From positions 325,309-389,308 of the forward strand of contig JAKMXF010000312.1 of the NCBI GenBank assembly GCA_024704765.1: a DNA stretch of 64,000 nt. Reading direction: 5' to 3'. Position numbers and translations under genes: made by a program. Under the pieces are notes generated by a model. It did not search any database. It had not been told where the DNA came from and saw only the letters and a list, made by a program, of their open reading frames with translations. This document shows, piece after piece, positions 39,697 through 52,100 of this stretch. Source of the DNA: Oopsacas minuta (taxonomy: Eukaryota > Animalia > Porifera). How positions within the stretch are numbered: position 1 is the first letter of the stretch; each line of letters begins with the position of its first letter.

Positions 39697-39834
39697 ATAG
39701 TGCTTATGTTTCCATGGCAACCTAAGAGATGCCCATCAAATTGTATTCATTTTAATTATATAATTCACATTATATCTAGAGTGCTTATGTTTCCATGGCA
39801 ACATAAAAGATCCGATCAAATTGTATTCATTTTA
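39697..39834. promoter_or_regulatory. Tandem ~55-bp direct duplication, each copy containing an X-box-like palindrome GTTTCCATGGCAAC
   Basis: Motifs at 39708-39721 and 39789-39802 match the RFX X-box consensus GTHNYYATRRNAAC, about 290-380 bp upstream of PET100. Confidence 0.55.
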
Positions 39835-40090
39835 CTCAAATATTTCACTGAATTATAATAGCATTACAAAGCGCTATTCTTACATAACACGGGGGGTAAA
39901 TAGATAGGACATTTAATAAACTTCATGAGTTACTCAGGGCTCTCAACCGGGAAACCTTCAAAATCCTGAGATGTGCAATTTACTATTAGTTTTCCATGAA
40001 AAGACCAGGGATTTTGTAGTTTTGTAGGCCTGACATCGTGAGAGTTGGTAGCCCTGATTACTTATCAATCTCCAATTCACGAAATTAGTT

Positions 40091-40297
40091 ATGGCTGGCC
40101 TTGGTTTAGAAATTGTAAAGATGTCACTGTACGTATTCTTCCCAGTGGCTCTGTTTATTTATTTCAATGTCCCTGCTTTCCAAATAAAAGATATGAAAGG
40201 TTGGAGACGAAGATTTGAGAATACTCAGAAACTCCCAAAGACTTTTGAAGGGACGAGACAATTGGCTGAAGAGTTTATGGCGAAGAAGAGAGATTAA
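40091..40297 (+). CDS. PET100: Cytochrome c oxidase assembly factor PET100 homolog (single exon, 68 aa)
   Basis: N-terminus LEIVKMSLYVFFPVALFIYFN matches the PET100 family pattern; size and basic/charged tail fit. Confidence 0.8.
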   Translation: MAGLGLEIVKMSLYVFFPVALFIYFNVPAFQIKDMKGWRRRFENTQKLPKTFEGTRQLAEEFMAKKRD

Positions 40298-40400
40298 TTT
40301 TGTACACTTTCAATAGATATAATTCTATGCATTAAATGGCGTTAGTAAGTAAGTTATGACGTAATATATATTATTATATTTCTTAAATATTAGCTATATT

Positions 40401-41926
40401 ATGTCGGATACAGCAGAACCAATTCCCAAACCTATTCCTTCACCTCTTTCATCTCCAGACAGTGATACAGAGCTCCCGGTAGAGATGTCTCCTCCTCCTC
40501 CTACTGAATATTCTACTGACCCTATATGGTCTGACGTTATACCGATACCACAACATGAAGGACCATTTCCGGTTGTCAGGATTGCATACACGAAGGTAAT
40601 AATAATTTCTCCTAGTTATGAATTCAATGGTAATCTGACTTAATATATTATTCTGTATAGGAATTCAAAGAAGTACACGATTACCTCCGTGCTATGCTTA
40701 AAACCAATGAACAGAGCGATAGAGCTCTATCACTCACTGAACATGCTGTAACACTAAACCCAGCTAATTACACTACATGGCAATATAGGAGAGTGTTATT
40801 GAAGGCTATGGGATGTGATTTGGAGAAGGAATTGGATTTTATTGCTAGTGTTATTGGGAAACACCCTAAGAACTATCAGGTGATTTATTTGTTTGTTTGT
40901 TTTCCAGTTTGTTTATTTCATTGGTTGCTTGTTTGCTACAGGTATGGTACCATAGACAGAAGCTAACTGAATGGATTGGATCTCCAGGAAAAGAATTCGA
41001 ATTCACTGCTGATTGTCTAGAAGATGATACTAAGAACTACCATGTATGGCAGTACAGACAATGGCTATTAGAGAAATTCCCTAGTTACTACAAGGCTGAA
41101 TTGGAATTTGTTGATACTCTGATTAAAAATGACGTCAGGAATAATTCTGCTTGGAATCAGAGATATTTTGTTCTAACTAAAATGAGTGAATTTACAGTAG
41201 AACTAGTCAGGAAAGAGGTATGCTATTATGACGGAAATAGGTTATTAGTTATGTGACCATGGATGGTGGATTTATTTCATCTGCTTGGACGTTGTTCTAC
41301 GTCATTTTGAGGAACTCCTAGCTTGATTGGGCGGGGAAATTGTACAGTCAACTCCCGTTATGTCAAACATAGATATACCGAAGTCTTATATTGTACAAAT
41401 ATGGTTCCAAACCGTCAAAGTAGCATATATTATATCGGTTATATCAAAGCAATTATTGAGGTCCCTTGAGCTTCGATATAACAGGAGCTAACTGTATATA
41501 ACATATATCCACCATCCATGGTTAATATCCAATAATCTTTTAGCCGGGAGTTTTAATATTTGAATTATACAGATTGAGTATACAAAACTTTGTATCCGGT
41601 TATCACTACATAATGAGAGTCCTTGGAATTATATGAGAGGTATCCTGAATTGCCAAGATTTGAGTTTATATCTTGAAGTTAAGATCTGGATTCTGCAAAC
41701 AATCGCGAAAAGAAAACCGTCAATATACGCGTATAGTATTCTAATTGATATATGTGAAATGGAGATTGAAGAGGGAGGTCCTGAAATGTGTCAAAATGCC
41801 TTGACAGAAGCTCTGAGTTACTGCCAAATCCTGGGAGAAGATATGGATGTTATACGTAAGAATTATTGGGCTTATACTGCAGACAGATTGAAAAATTTAT
41901 TCACAGTTATCCATGGTGTAAAGTGA
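40401..41926 (+). CDS. FNTA: Protein farnesyltransferase/geranylgeranyltransferase-I alpha subunit
   Basis: Exons 40401-40595, 40661-40879, 40942-41217, 41573-41926. WSDVIPIPQHEGPFPVVRIAY and PPTA repeats NPANYTTWQYRR, PKNYQVWYHR, DTKNYHVWQYR, VRNNSAWNQR, HNESPWNYMRG. Confidence 0.95.
41257..41530. mobile_element. CCATGG-core foldback MITE in FNTA intron 3, with a second MITE nested inside
   Basis: ccatggatggtggattt ... atccaccatccatggttaatatc inverted ends. Confidence 0.75.
41345..41494. mobile_element. TA-flanked MITE (CAGTCAACTCCC family), nested
   Basis: TA|cagtcaactcccgtt ... aacaggagctaactg|TA; internal ggtcccttgagcttcgatataa shared with 43367-43489 and, in reverse, 62443-62580. Confidence 0.8.
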
Positions 41927-42190
41927 GTGTATATTATTATATAAAATTATTATATTTATTTGTTGGAAGATTTTAGTAATCTGTAAGCATGCAAATGCAA
42001 GTGTTACCCTCTGTATGATTATATCAGTGTTGCCAGATAATGGACAAAGTTCATAGATTTTTGCTTTGGAATCAACTTCTGAACTTTGAACATTTGACTA
42101 ATGGCATGAATTTGTGGGTACTTGGCAACACTGTTATATATATTGATGTGTTTTACCATAGTATGCTGTATAACGTTAGATTTTATGTAA

Positions 42191-43967
42191 ATGGCTATCG
42201 CCCCCCCTTCACAGCCAAAGATATCTCTACCCACTGGACCATATCCACCTCTACCATCCAGCACATTCCATTCATCCTTAATCGTTACCAAGGAAATTTC
42301 TATGATATCTAAAGGTAGTTTTGTTGTTATAAAGCCGATTGGTAAAGGCTCTATGGGAATAGTATATTTGATAAAAAGTTTAAACGAAGATAGCATTGAA
42401 GGAGCTGAGCTATTCGCTATGAAGGAAATGGACTATGGATATGACGGTAATGATTTGAATGGCAAATTCAAGTTAATTCAACGCGAAATTCGCATTCTAT
42501 CCCATCTATCACATCCTAATATTGTACATTATTATACTTCAATGATTTCTGTAGCTAATGGTTGTATACAATTAGTACAGGAGTATTGTAATAGAGGTAC
42601 ACTGTATCAATTTGTCAAGGAGAGGAGAGCTAATTCTGAAGAGTTTCTTAATGAGAAAGAGGTTTGTTAATAATGGATTATTCTCTTTAAAATTAGCTTA
42701 ATTTTTATGTCCAAACAATTTCTCGAAAATACGCTTTGATTTTCTATCAAATTTCCCATATTTTATCCAATAATACCTGATACATTGTTTTGACCAACAT
42801 ATATGCTTATTTGATATTTCACCATGGATGATGGATTTCTTTTATTTAAGTTATATACAATTCCCTCCAATCAAGCGAGGAATGCCTCAAAATAACCTAA
42901 AAAAACATCCAAGCTGATAAACTAAATATACAATCCATGATTAAATAATTACTAAGCATATTGGGGACTATTTTCAAAATTACAAACATATCCTTTGTAT
43001 ATAGGTACTTATATGGAGCTGTCAATTAGCAAGTGCTCTCGTATATCTCCATGATTCTAAAATCCTACACAGAGACTTAAAGTCACAAAACATATTCTTA
43101 ACATCAGACCTCTCGGATTTTCACACATCACCGCTAACAACCGTTCTCAAACTTGGTGACTTTGGAATATCTCGCCCTTTAGAAGGAACTTACGATCTAG
43201 CTAGTACATGTATAGGCACACCAGCTTATATGGCGCCTGAAGTATGTCATAAGAGTTTGTATAGCTATCCTTGTGATATGTGGTCTATTGGCTGTGTCAT
43301 TGTTGAAATATGCAGTCTCAAACCCGCATTCCAAAGCACAAGTATGGTTGTTAAGATATTCACGTACAGTCAACTCCCATTTTATTGAACACGAACCTAC
43401 CGAAATAACCGCTTATATGGAAGTCTGAATTGTACAAATATGTATCAAATTATCGGTCCCTTGAGCTTTGATATAAGGGGAGTTAACTGTATTAGATATC
43501 CTTGGTTTTATCTACACACATATTTTATACTAGGTCTCGTTGCTATGGTTTTTAAGATTCTGAATGCTGATTACACACAGATACCAGGGAAATATTCACA
43601 GAGCTTATCTGCGTTTATTGACAGTTTATTTCGCGTAGAACCTGAACTAAGACCAACTGCGAAACAGGCTATGAATATTTTAAGTGAATTATTGGAAACT
43701 GTGTCTGTGACGAAATTTGCGGAATCTAACACTTTGGATGAATATGATAATGATTTTGATTCATTTTCGGACCATTCTAGCGATACAAACTGTGATATTT
43801 CGCAGGGAATGGCTACCCTATCTCTTACACTTTGTCCCGACACGACTAAGGAAATAGTCACACAAACTACAAATGAAAATGTAGTTAAATCTCGCGGAAT
43901 TTCACAGCAGAATTCTGATAATTATTCAGATGATTTTGATTCTTACTCCGAGAATGAAGATGGTTGA
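42191..43967 (+). CDS. NIMA-related (NEK family) Ser/Thr kinase with acidic C-tail
   Basis: Exons 42191-42661, 43005-43341, 43534-43967. IGKGSMG, AMKE, HRDLKSQNIFL, GDFG, GTPAYMAPE, DMWSIG, RPTAKQ. HRDLKSQNIFL is typical of NEK1/3/4/5-type kinases. Confidence 0.88.
42790..42975. mobile_element. Degenerate CCATGG-core foldback MITE
   Basis: atatgcttatttgatatttcaccatggatgatgg ... atccatgattaaataattactaagcatattggggac. Confidence 0.6.
43367..43489. mobile_element. TA-flanked MITE (CAGTCAACTCCC family)
   Basis: TA|cagtcaactccc ... gggagttaactg|TA. Confidence 0.8.
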
Positions 43968-44584
43968 TTAAGCAAACTAAATTCTATTAATATTAACAAG
44001 GAAATACAGCTAAGTTATATTTTGTTTGAATTGTATAATTTTCGTTATATAAGCCATTGCTTGCAGATGCTGATTCCATACTTGCTGACCAGAGGTTGGT
44101 AAGTAGGATTGTTGGTATCACTCTCTTCCCTTGAACGGTACCTCCCCTGCATCTTAAGACTTGTATATCTGTTAACTACCCCTGTACTTTACCCCCAACT
44201 AAGTTATCCTATATCTCCATTAGAGTATTATAAAGCAAATCGTCTGTATCCTTTTATGTAATATGAAACTCTTCTTAAATATTACTCATACAATTGAGTG
44301 AATAGCCTATTAATATCCTAAAAGTATTATTTCTGAGTATAAGCACACAGTTTTTATTTTCAACTCAATATATAGTATACTCAACACCAGTTATATCTAA
44401 CACAGATATATGGAAATACCAGCGAAGTTTGAAATTGTAGAAATATGGTCCCAAACCGTCAAATTAACTTGAGCATCGAAATAATAATATTAATAAATCT
44501 TATGAATTACGCAAAATTCGTTTTCGTAGTTATTTGTTCATTTCTTTTCAATTATAATTTGCATTAGTTTTGAGAAGTTACAAA

Positions 44585-47500
44585 ATGGAAGATTTTGTGA
44601 AAACCTTCAAGTCAGTACGTACTATACCTAATCTTGTCCCATCACGAGAGACAGTTTTACCCCCAGAACTTCACCGCAAAGCTAAATATTTAGTTAACAG
44701 TAAAACTCACGAGTACAAAATACTGAAAATATACGAGATTATTATTTCTAATCTCCGCAGTGGGAAGAGTATACTGGATATTAAGCAGGGATTGTATAGT
44801 ATTTCTAAATACCCTCTATGCTTGTTCTTGGACCAAGATAGACCGGAGTTCCATCAAATTCGGGTAAGTTTGTTTCTAACCATAGAGAAACCAATAGCTG
44901 TTGTTCATAACCATTTTTACCATATATGGGCATGTTGTTATACGAAAATGGTCCCCTTATGTGCTTATTAGCTATTTAACCGTGGATGGTGGATTTTGTA
45001 TATTTTTTATATTACATACAAATTTGCCTGTACAATAAAGTAGTGAGTGATCCTAAATGACCTAAAACAACAACCAAGCAGATACACTAAATCCTCCATC
45101 CATGGTTAAATAACTAATAATCATATAGTGGCCATTTTTCACAATATGACGTCATGCTTTATTATTTATCTATTCCGTATAGACTTTCTCTGGATATTAC
45201 ACATACGAGATTAAAGAGAAACTAGAAAACTTTGGGCAAATTTTAGAAGCTTTAGGCTACTATTACGACGAATCAAGTCAACTGTACAAATTGGATAATG
45301 AATTCCGTCAGAATCCTGGATTTGATGAAACCATAGCGATAATTGGATGTGAATTATTGCTGGCTTGCGAGGAACTGGATTTATTCCTTGAAATGTCAAA
45401 AACCCTTCAAACCGATCCAGTACTTCATTTCCAATCACTCCATGGTTTCACCCCAACTCCAAATTATAAACCTCAAGCTGATAATTATCAACCATACGAT
45501 CAGATTACAGGTAATCCGCCGGTAGATCCATACCCACCACAGCAACAGAGACAGGATGCTCAACTTCGTAATCATATGTATGGAGACGTAGATCATAAAC
45601 AGATGAGGGGCCGTTCTCTACCGCCTACCCCAGGAAGTGTAGGACTAGCAGAAGTTGACGTGAAGCCTGCTCTGACGAAGAACGTCTGTGATCAAGGTAG
45701 ATATGATATTATATCACAAAATATTGAGCATAAGAATCGAGTTTCTGGGTTGCCCGAGCAGAAAAGCTTAGACCCTTTTCCAAATGTATTGGATAATGAA
45801 GGGGCTAAAGCTCACAGTGGAAATCAAGGTATTTATCAACCTCAACAAAACAATCCACAAGTTATCGAACCAGGTCAAGGGAGAGGACCCATGGTTAATC
45901 CTAAATATCTTCAGGAACCGCTAGGAGGCGGTGGATATGATCCTAGAGATATCAATCGACCACCTCCAGCGAGCCAGGAATATACTCAGGGAGATGTCAG
46001 TCGACTATCAATGGAGCATCCAGGTCATCCTTATATATCACCAGATCCCCAGGTATACAATTATAGAGATCCTCATCAACTACGAATGGAGAATCAAAGC
46101 CATTCTCAGATATCAGGAAACCAGGGATATGATCAAAGAGATGCCAGCCAAATACGAATGGAGAATCAAAGCCGTGCTCAGCTACCAGGAAACCACGTAT
46201 ATGATCAAAGAGATATTAGTCGAATACCAATGGAGAATCAAAGCCGTACTCAGCTACCAGGAAACCACGTATATGATCAAAGAGATGCTAGTCAAATACG
46301 AATGGAGAATCAAAGCCGTCCTCAGCTACCAGCAAAACCGGTATATGATCAAAGAGGTGTCAGCCAAATACGAATGGAGAATCAAAGCCGTCCTCAGCAA
46401 CTAGGAAACCAGGTATATGATCAAAGAGATGCTAGTCAAATACGAATGGAAAATCAAAGCCATCTTCAGCTACCAGGAAACCAGGTATATGATCAAAGAG
46501 ATGCCAGCCAAATGCGAATGGAGAATCAAAGACATCCTCAGATGCCAGGAAGCCAGGTATATGATCAGAGAGATGCCAGTCAAATACGAATGGAGAATCA
46601 AAGACATCCTCAGATGCCAGGAAGCCAGGTATATGATCAGAGAGATGCCAGTCAAATACGAATGGAGAATCAAAGACATCCTCAGATGCCAGGAAGCCAG
46701 GTATATGATCAGAGAGATGCCAGTCAAATACGAATGGAGAATCAAAGAAATCCTCAGGTATCAGAACACCAGGGATATGATCAGAGAGAGTCAAATGAAG
46801 CATACATGGCCAATCGAAGTCAATCACAAACAACAAATAATCCCCAAAGTAATGAACAATTGGATGCGATTAACTCTCCACGATTCCAAAGTATCATAAA
46901 TCAAGGTAAAATTGAACAACAACAAGCACCTATTCTTCCTAAGCCTGATGGGATGCCAGATCATTTGTTAAATAATTTTGATGATTATAAAGATATGCCG
47001 GTACATAATGCTATACACTCTCAGACACCACGTGGTATAGGAAGTCGTAGCACTGGTAGTCCTGCTCAAGCATTAGATAAAGTCCAAGAGTCCCCTGGAC
47101 GTACTAGCCCACAAGGTGAAGGGGATCCCTTCCGAAGTGAGGCATTTTACAGACATGGTAGTGTGTCATTACACGATACACAGAAAAGAGTTTCACAAGA
47201 ACAGCAACTACACAGTGATGTAAAAGAGCCAGAAGGGCCCACTCGTAACCTTTCAGATAAACAGAAGGAGTTAAGTGATAAACAAATAGAGCCACCCCAA
47301 CAATCATATGGTGAATCAAGAATGCATCAGGAAGACAGGACACAAATGCCACGGCCACTGGGATTTGATGAACCATTGCGACATTCTGACAGACCACAGG
47401 ACATACAGCATCGAATCCAGAATATGCACTTAAGTCAAACTGACCCTAGACATCAATACGAACAATCTAATCAACCTCAGAATTACTATAAAGATCAGCA

Positions 47501-48650
47501 ATATATGTACCATGAACAGCATATTGATCCTGGAGTAGATCCCAAAAGGTATGATCCGTACCATGGACAACATGGTAATCCCGGAGTAGATCCCAATAGG
47601 TATGATCTGTACCATGGACAACATGGTAATCCCGGAGTAGATCCGAAAGGGTATGATCCGTACCATGGACAACATGGTAATCCCGGAGTAGATCCGAAAG
47701 GGTATGATCCGTACCATGGACAACATGGTGATCCCGGAGTAGATCCGAAAGGGTATGATCCGTACCATGGACAACATGGTAATCCCGGAGTAGATCCGAA
47801 AGGGTATGATCCGTACCATGGACAACATGGTAATCCCGGAGTAGATCCGAAAGGGTATGATCCGTATTATGGACAACATGTTGATCCTGGAGTAGATCCC
47901 AAAAGGTATGATCCGTACCATGGACAACATGGTAATCCCGGAGTAGATCCCAATAGGTATGATCTGTACCATGGACAAGATATTAGGCACAGACCCCGAC
48001 AGCCTTCTTCACATGACTTTTCAAAGCCAGTGAGTGCTAGAGATTTTCCAGGTCACGACTATCAACATGAGCTTTACAGTAATCCTGAGCTTAGGAACTT
48101 TGGGCCAGATCAAGACAGGACCTCTAGAGAACAAATTGATCCAGTCTCTCCACATGATATACCACCACATAATGAACAGATCACAAATCCAATTGGACAT
48201 CGCAGAAGGGAACAACCTTATGACGAGTATCATCAACAACAATATGCACCTTATGATCAACAACAATTTCCAACTCATCAACAACAATTCCCAACTCATC
48301 AACAACAATTCCCAACTCATCAACAACAATTCCCAACTAATCAAGAATCATTCCCAACTCATCAAAAATTTCCAACTCATCAACAACAATTTCCAACTCA
48401 TCAAGAATCATTTCCAACTCATCAACATCGTGCTAACGATATCCCATGGGATTGCCCTCACTGTACGTATAAAAACAATCCACACTCTAAAGTATGCGAA
48501 ATATGTTCTAAAACCCCAGATTTCCTTCTCTCACCCAATTCAGCTGTCCCACAACACAAGAGAATGTGTGAAACATGCAAACAACTGAATAGCGTGGATG
48601 TTAAATTTTGCACAAGTTGTGGAAGGAATTTTTTCCCTGATATGTTGTAG
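44585..48650 (+). CDS. SPATA2/Tamozhennic-like protein: N-terminal PUB-like domain, long Q/P/Y/H-rich repeat region, C-terminal RanBP2/NZF zinc finger plus a second CxxC...CxxC ribbon
   Basis: Exons 44585-44863 and 45183-48650, in frame. KYPLCLFLDQDRPEFHQIRTFSGYYTYEIKEKL...ILEALGY resembles the SPATA2 PUB region; WDCPHCTYKNNPHSKVCEIC is an NZF; CETC...CTSC follows. Confidence 0.62.
44941..45143. mobile_element. CCATGG-core foldback MITE
   Basis: tacgaaaatggtccccttatgtgcttattagctatttaaccgtggatggtggattt ... aaatcctccatccatggttaaataactaataatcatatagtggccattttt (~60-bp TIRs). Confidence 0.8.
46076..46795 (+). repeat. Coding tandem repeat, 72 bp / 24 aa x ~10 (QIRMENQRHPQMPGSQVYDQRDAS)
   Basis: Period measured at 46501 vs 46573; visible in the ORF translation. 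Confidence 0.95.
47520..47978 (+). repeat. Coding tandem repeat, 51 bp / 17 aa x 9 (HGNPGVDPKGYDPYHGQ)
   Basis: Period measured at 47581 vs 47632. Confidence 0.95.
48258..48425 (+). repeat. Coding tandem repeat, ~21 bp / 7 aa x ~8 (QQQFPTH)
   Basis: caacaacaattcccaactcat units. Confidence 0.9.
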
Positions 48651-49146
48651 GAGTATATTTGTGACTTCAAACTCTTGAGAATTGTGTTTTAGATTGTTAT
48701 ACATACCCCAACTATGTCTGTGTTATATCTTAACAATAATTATATTACAGTTTTGTCTTTCACTAAATTATACAATTTATATACTAACTCGTTTTGACGA
48801 TTATTATAGGAATTATATGACGTCATTTCAACTTGGTTTGAGCCTCATAATGACCGAGAATAACATCCAAGCAGATAAACACGAAATTTCATATCCATGG
48901 TTAAATATCTAATAAGCGTATAGGGGACTGTTTTCGTTAAAACAAGCTACATTAGGCTTTTTATTATATCCATAGTCCTGCAATACTGTATATGAAGTTC
49001 ACGTTATTGTTAGTTACACACTGTATTCATGGAATCCATAAGTTACACATTTGTAATTCGTATTGTTCCTCTGTAATATATAATATGTAATCCAACTTTA
49101 TTGTGTTTCTAACTGATATTTCAATGTATATTCGATTGTTTTAGCG

Positions 49147-52100
49147 ATGTTACAAGCACATACAATATTTCCAGGAGCAGTGAACGATATACCGTGTACA
49201 TTTAGTCCAGCTAGATTGCTTACACAGGATGACTCTGTATTTCTAGTATATGCTTCTGGGAATAAGATTGTGTTTATTTCACAAGAACTTTCTCCTATAG
49301 AGAAAATATCTTCTATTGATTTAGGTATTGCATTGAATGCGTGTATTGTATTACTGGACCAGGGATTATATTTATTGTATAGGTCTCCCTATTGAGATAC
49401 AAGTGACTGCTGTAGCTGCATCTGAGTTCAGAGGGGTGGTAGCTGCTGCCTGGGGTCATAATCTATTCCTGTTTCACACATCTACTCTCACTTATGAGAG
49501 GAAAACTCTAAGATTGGAGTGGACACCTTTACAAAGAGATCCTTATATGTTTGGGTTTGTATTTTAGTGGTAATTAGGGTTGGGACTTGGGACTGACAAT
49601 TGTAATCTATTACACATTTCCTGTAACCATAATCTTTGTTTATTGTAATCGTTATATAATTATTTGCTTATAGATCTCCAGTAGATGGACTAGTATGGAA
49701 TAAGCTAGGTAGCAATCTCCTCGTTACTCATGGAAATATACTAGCTCTATTCTCTTTATCTACACAAACAGAAGATACACAGCTGGAGATTAAATGGGAG
49801 ACCAGACTAGCTACTAATACACGAATTGTCAAGTAATATATACTAATACAATTTCTCGTTCATTATACTACAATAATTTCCTTATAAGGAAATTAGTGCT
49901 CCTTTTAAGGATTATAATGTAATATTCGTAGTAAAGTTTTCTATCAATATTGCTTGGTCTATTGTCTCCAATTCTACCCTAAATCAGTGGTTCACAACCT
50001 TCGTAGCCCACGTTCGTCGGCAAGGGTCCATCTTTGTTTGTTTAGTCACATTATTTACTTCTAGATTTTCTCCTGACGGTCAATTGTTCGCTACTTGTGG
50101 TGTAAAGGATAAACTTATAAAAGTTTGGTATTTACAGACTAATGATTTATGTAGCAGTCTCACACGATACACATTTGTGTATCTCAAACATTCCACTGCG
50201 ATTACAGGGTTGTCATGGAGAGATACTCATCTTTATATGCCTAAGAATGGAGTACCTAATGCATTGCTGACTCACACATCTGATAATACTGCTCATATAT
50301 GGGTCTGTTGATATTATGGTTACAATATTATTTGGAATATATGAAAAAATTGTCCACAAAGTTCATGGTTCATGCTATGCTCATGCCGAGTCCATCAGTC
50401 GAAAATTGGCAAATTCAAAATCTTTGAACTTTGCTCATGATCTTACAACACTAATCCTGTCCATGGTCCATCACTCTTAACTATATTTATCTTACAATTC
50501 AGGTCCAGAAACTTAACAGTCTAGAAGAGGAAGGCCACCCTCTACAGATATATCACTGTACTACTATATCACCTCAAATCAACCAAACATTCATAAGCTC
50601 TATCTCCTCGGATATACTCACATTCGCTCCTGTATGGGTTAACAACAAAGTTTTACTTTTCGCAGATAACATGATAGAAATGCAGACTAAATCGCGTTTA
50701 AATGTCCATGATGAAACCACGGCTACAACACCCGCACAAACTCCTGTTATTCCAACAGAATCAGCTGATAATAGAGAATTCACATTCCCCAGAGATATGC
50801 AATATGCTAATAGCCTATTGAAACAGGTTAAAGCTGAATTAACACTGTTGGATTCACCGCTACCGCCTCATATGACGTCACAGCTGTTGAATAAATGGAG
50901 ATCTGCACCTGACCTTATTCTTGCTATTAACCCGCTAGATGGCTCTATTTTAATATGGAATTTGGATCATTTAGATTCAGATAATTCGTATTCGGTTAAG
51001 AAGCATTGTCTGGTGTCTAGGATGCCTCATAATATCCCTATGGAAGAAGCACAGTCTATGTATAAGTTAATTGGCCTAGCGTTATATCCTAGTCCTGTAG
51101 AGATGCAGCATGGTACGAGAAGATGCTCACACTTCCCATTCTCTGAACAGAGCTATTTCTCATCATTTAGAGCTAATGAAGTTGAAGAAATACAATCCAC
51201 GTCATCAAATATTGAGCATGTAATACACAGTACTAAATTCCTAGTAGACAGATTGTATTTCTTCAGTTTACATAAAGATGGCAGTTTAAACGTTTGGCAT
51301 GCTATTTTCTCTGAGAAGAACACTACCTGTAATCTATCTGGTTTGGTGCATATGCTATCTACAGGTGGTCATATGTTCTCTGACGTCATCTGTAAGAAGC
51401 ATCCCTCTTTGCCTATCATAGCTAGTGTATCGCAAGATTTAACTGGTGTTGGACATGCGTATTGTAGTGATCTTATTTTGTGGAGAGGGGAACCTATAGG
51501 TATGTTAAACTCCAGCGGTGGGTTGAGGCAGACTGCAAAATTGCTGGGTAAGTATAATGGCGATTTTTCACACGCTGTTTGGTTGCCTACACTATTGTCT
51601 ATGAAGGGTAATCTACCGAGTAGCGCGTGTATTCCTACTGGTACGTTCTTATTAACGAGCGTAGAGGATAAACTTTCGCTTTTTCTCACCTTATGCATAT
51701 CACCACTTGATGTATGGTCTTGTAACAAGGAAACGTATACTTCTATTAATCATAATTTGGCTGAGAATAACGTGAATTTTCACACCTTTTCCAACAGCAA
51801 TTACCCTACTTTTGTATACAAACTATCTGATGTAATCGACTTGAGTGAAATCGAAGGCGAAATTCTGAGTATACAAATATTCTCTGAGAAATCCCTGCGA
51901 AATTTCATAGCCAGCAATGAATCGTGTCATGTCGTATTCGACGAATTTGAATGTAATTTGACAGATAACGCTAGCTATATTGTAATGCTCGTGAACTTAC
52001 CGAATACCCGCGGGCAGTATCTTAGCGTGTTTGATAAATCAGATGGAGTAGGCGATCAGTTACGCACAACACAAACTCATGTATGGAAATGTAACGTTAG

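Noticed and set aside
44976-45109. TTAA-flanked CCATGG...CCATGG read as a piggyBac element with a TTAA TSD
   Set aside because: Inverted homology continues ~40 bp beyond TTAA on both sides in several copies, so TTAA is internal to the TIR.
46076-47978. Regular repeats resembling a CRISPR array
   Set aside because: No unique spacers; units are in-frame multiples of 3 inside a eukaryotic exon.
45931-48588. Repetitive alternative-frame and antisense ORFs (45931, 46417, 46432, 47430, 48021, 48034)
   Set aside because: Shadows of the coding tandem repeats in other frames.
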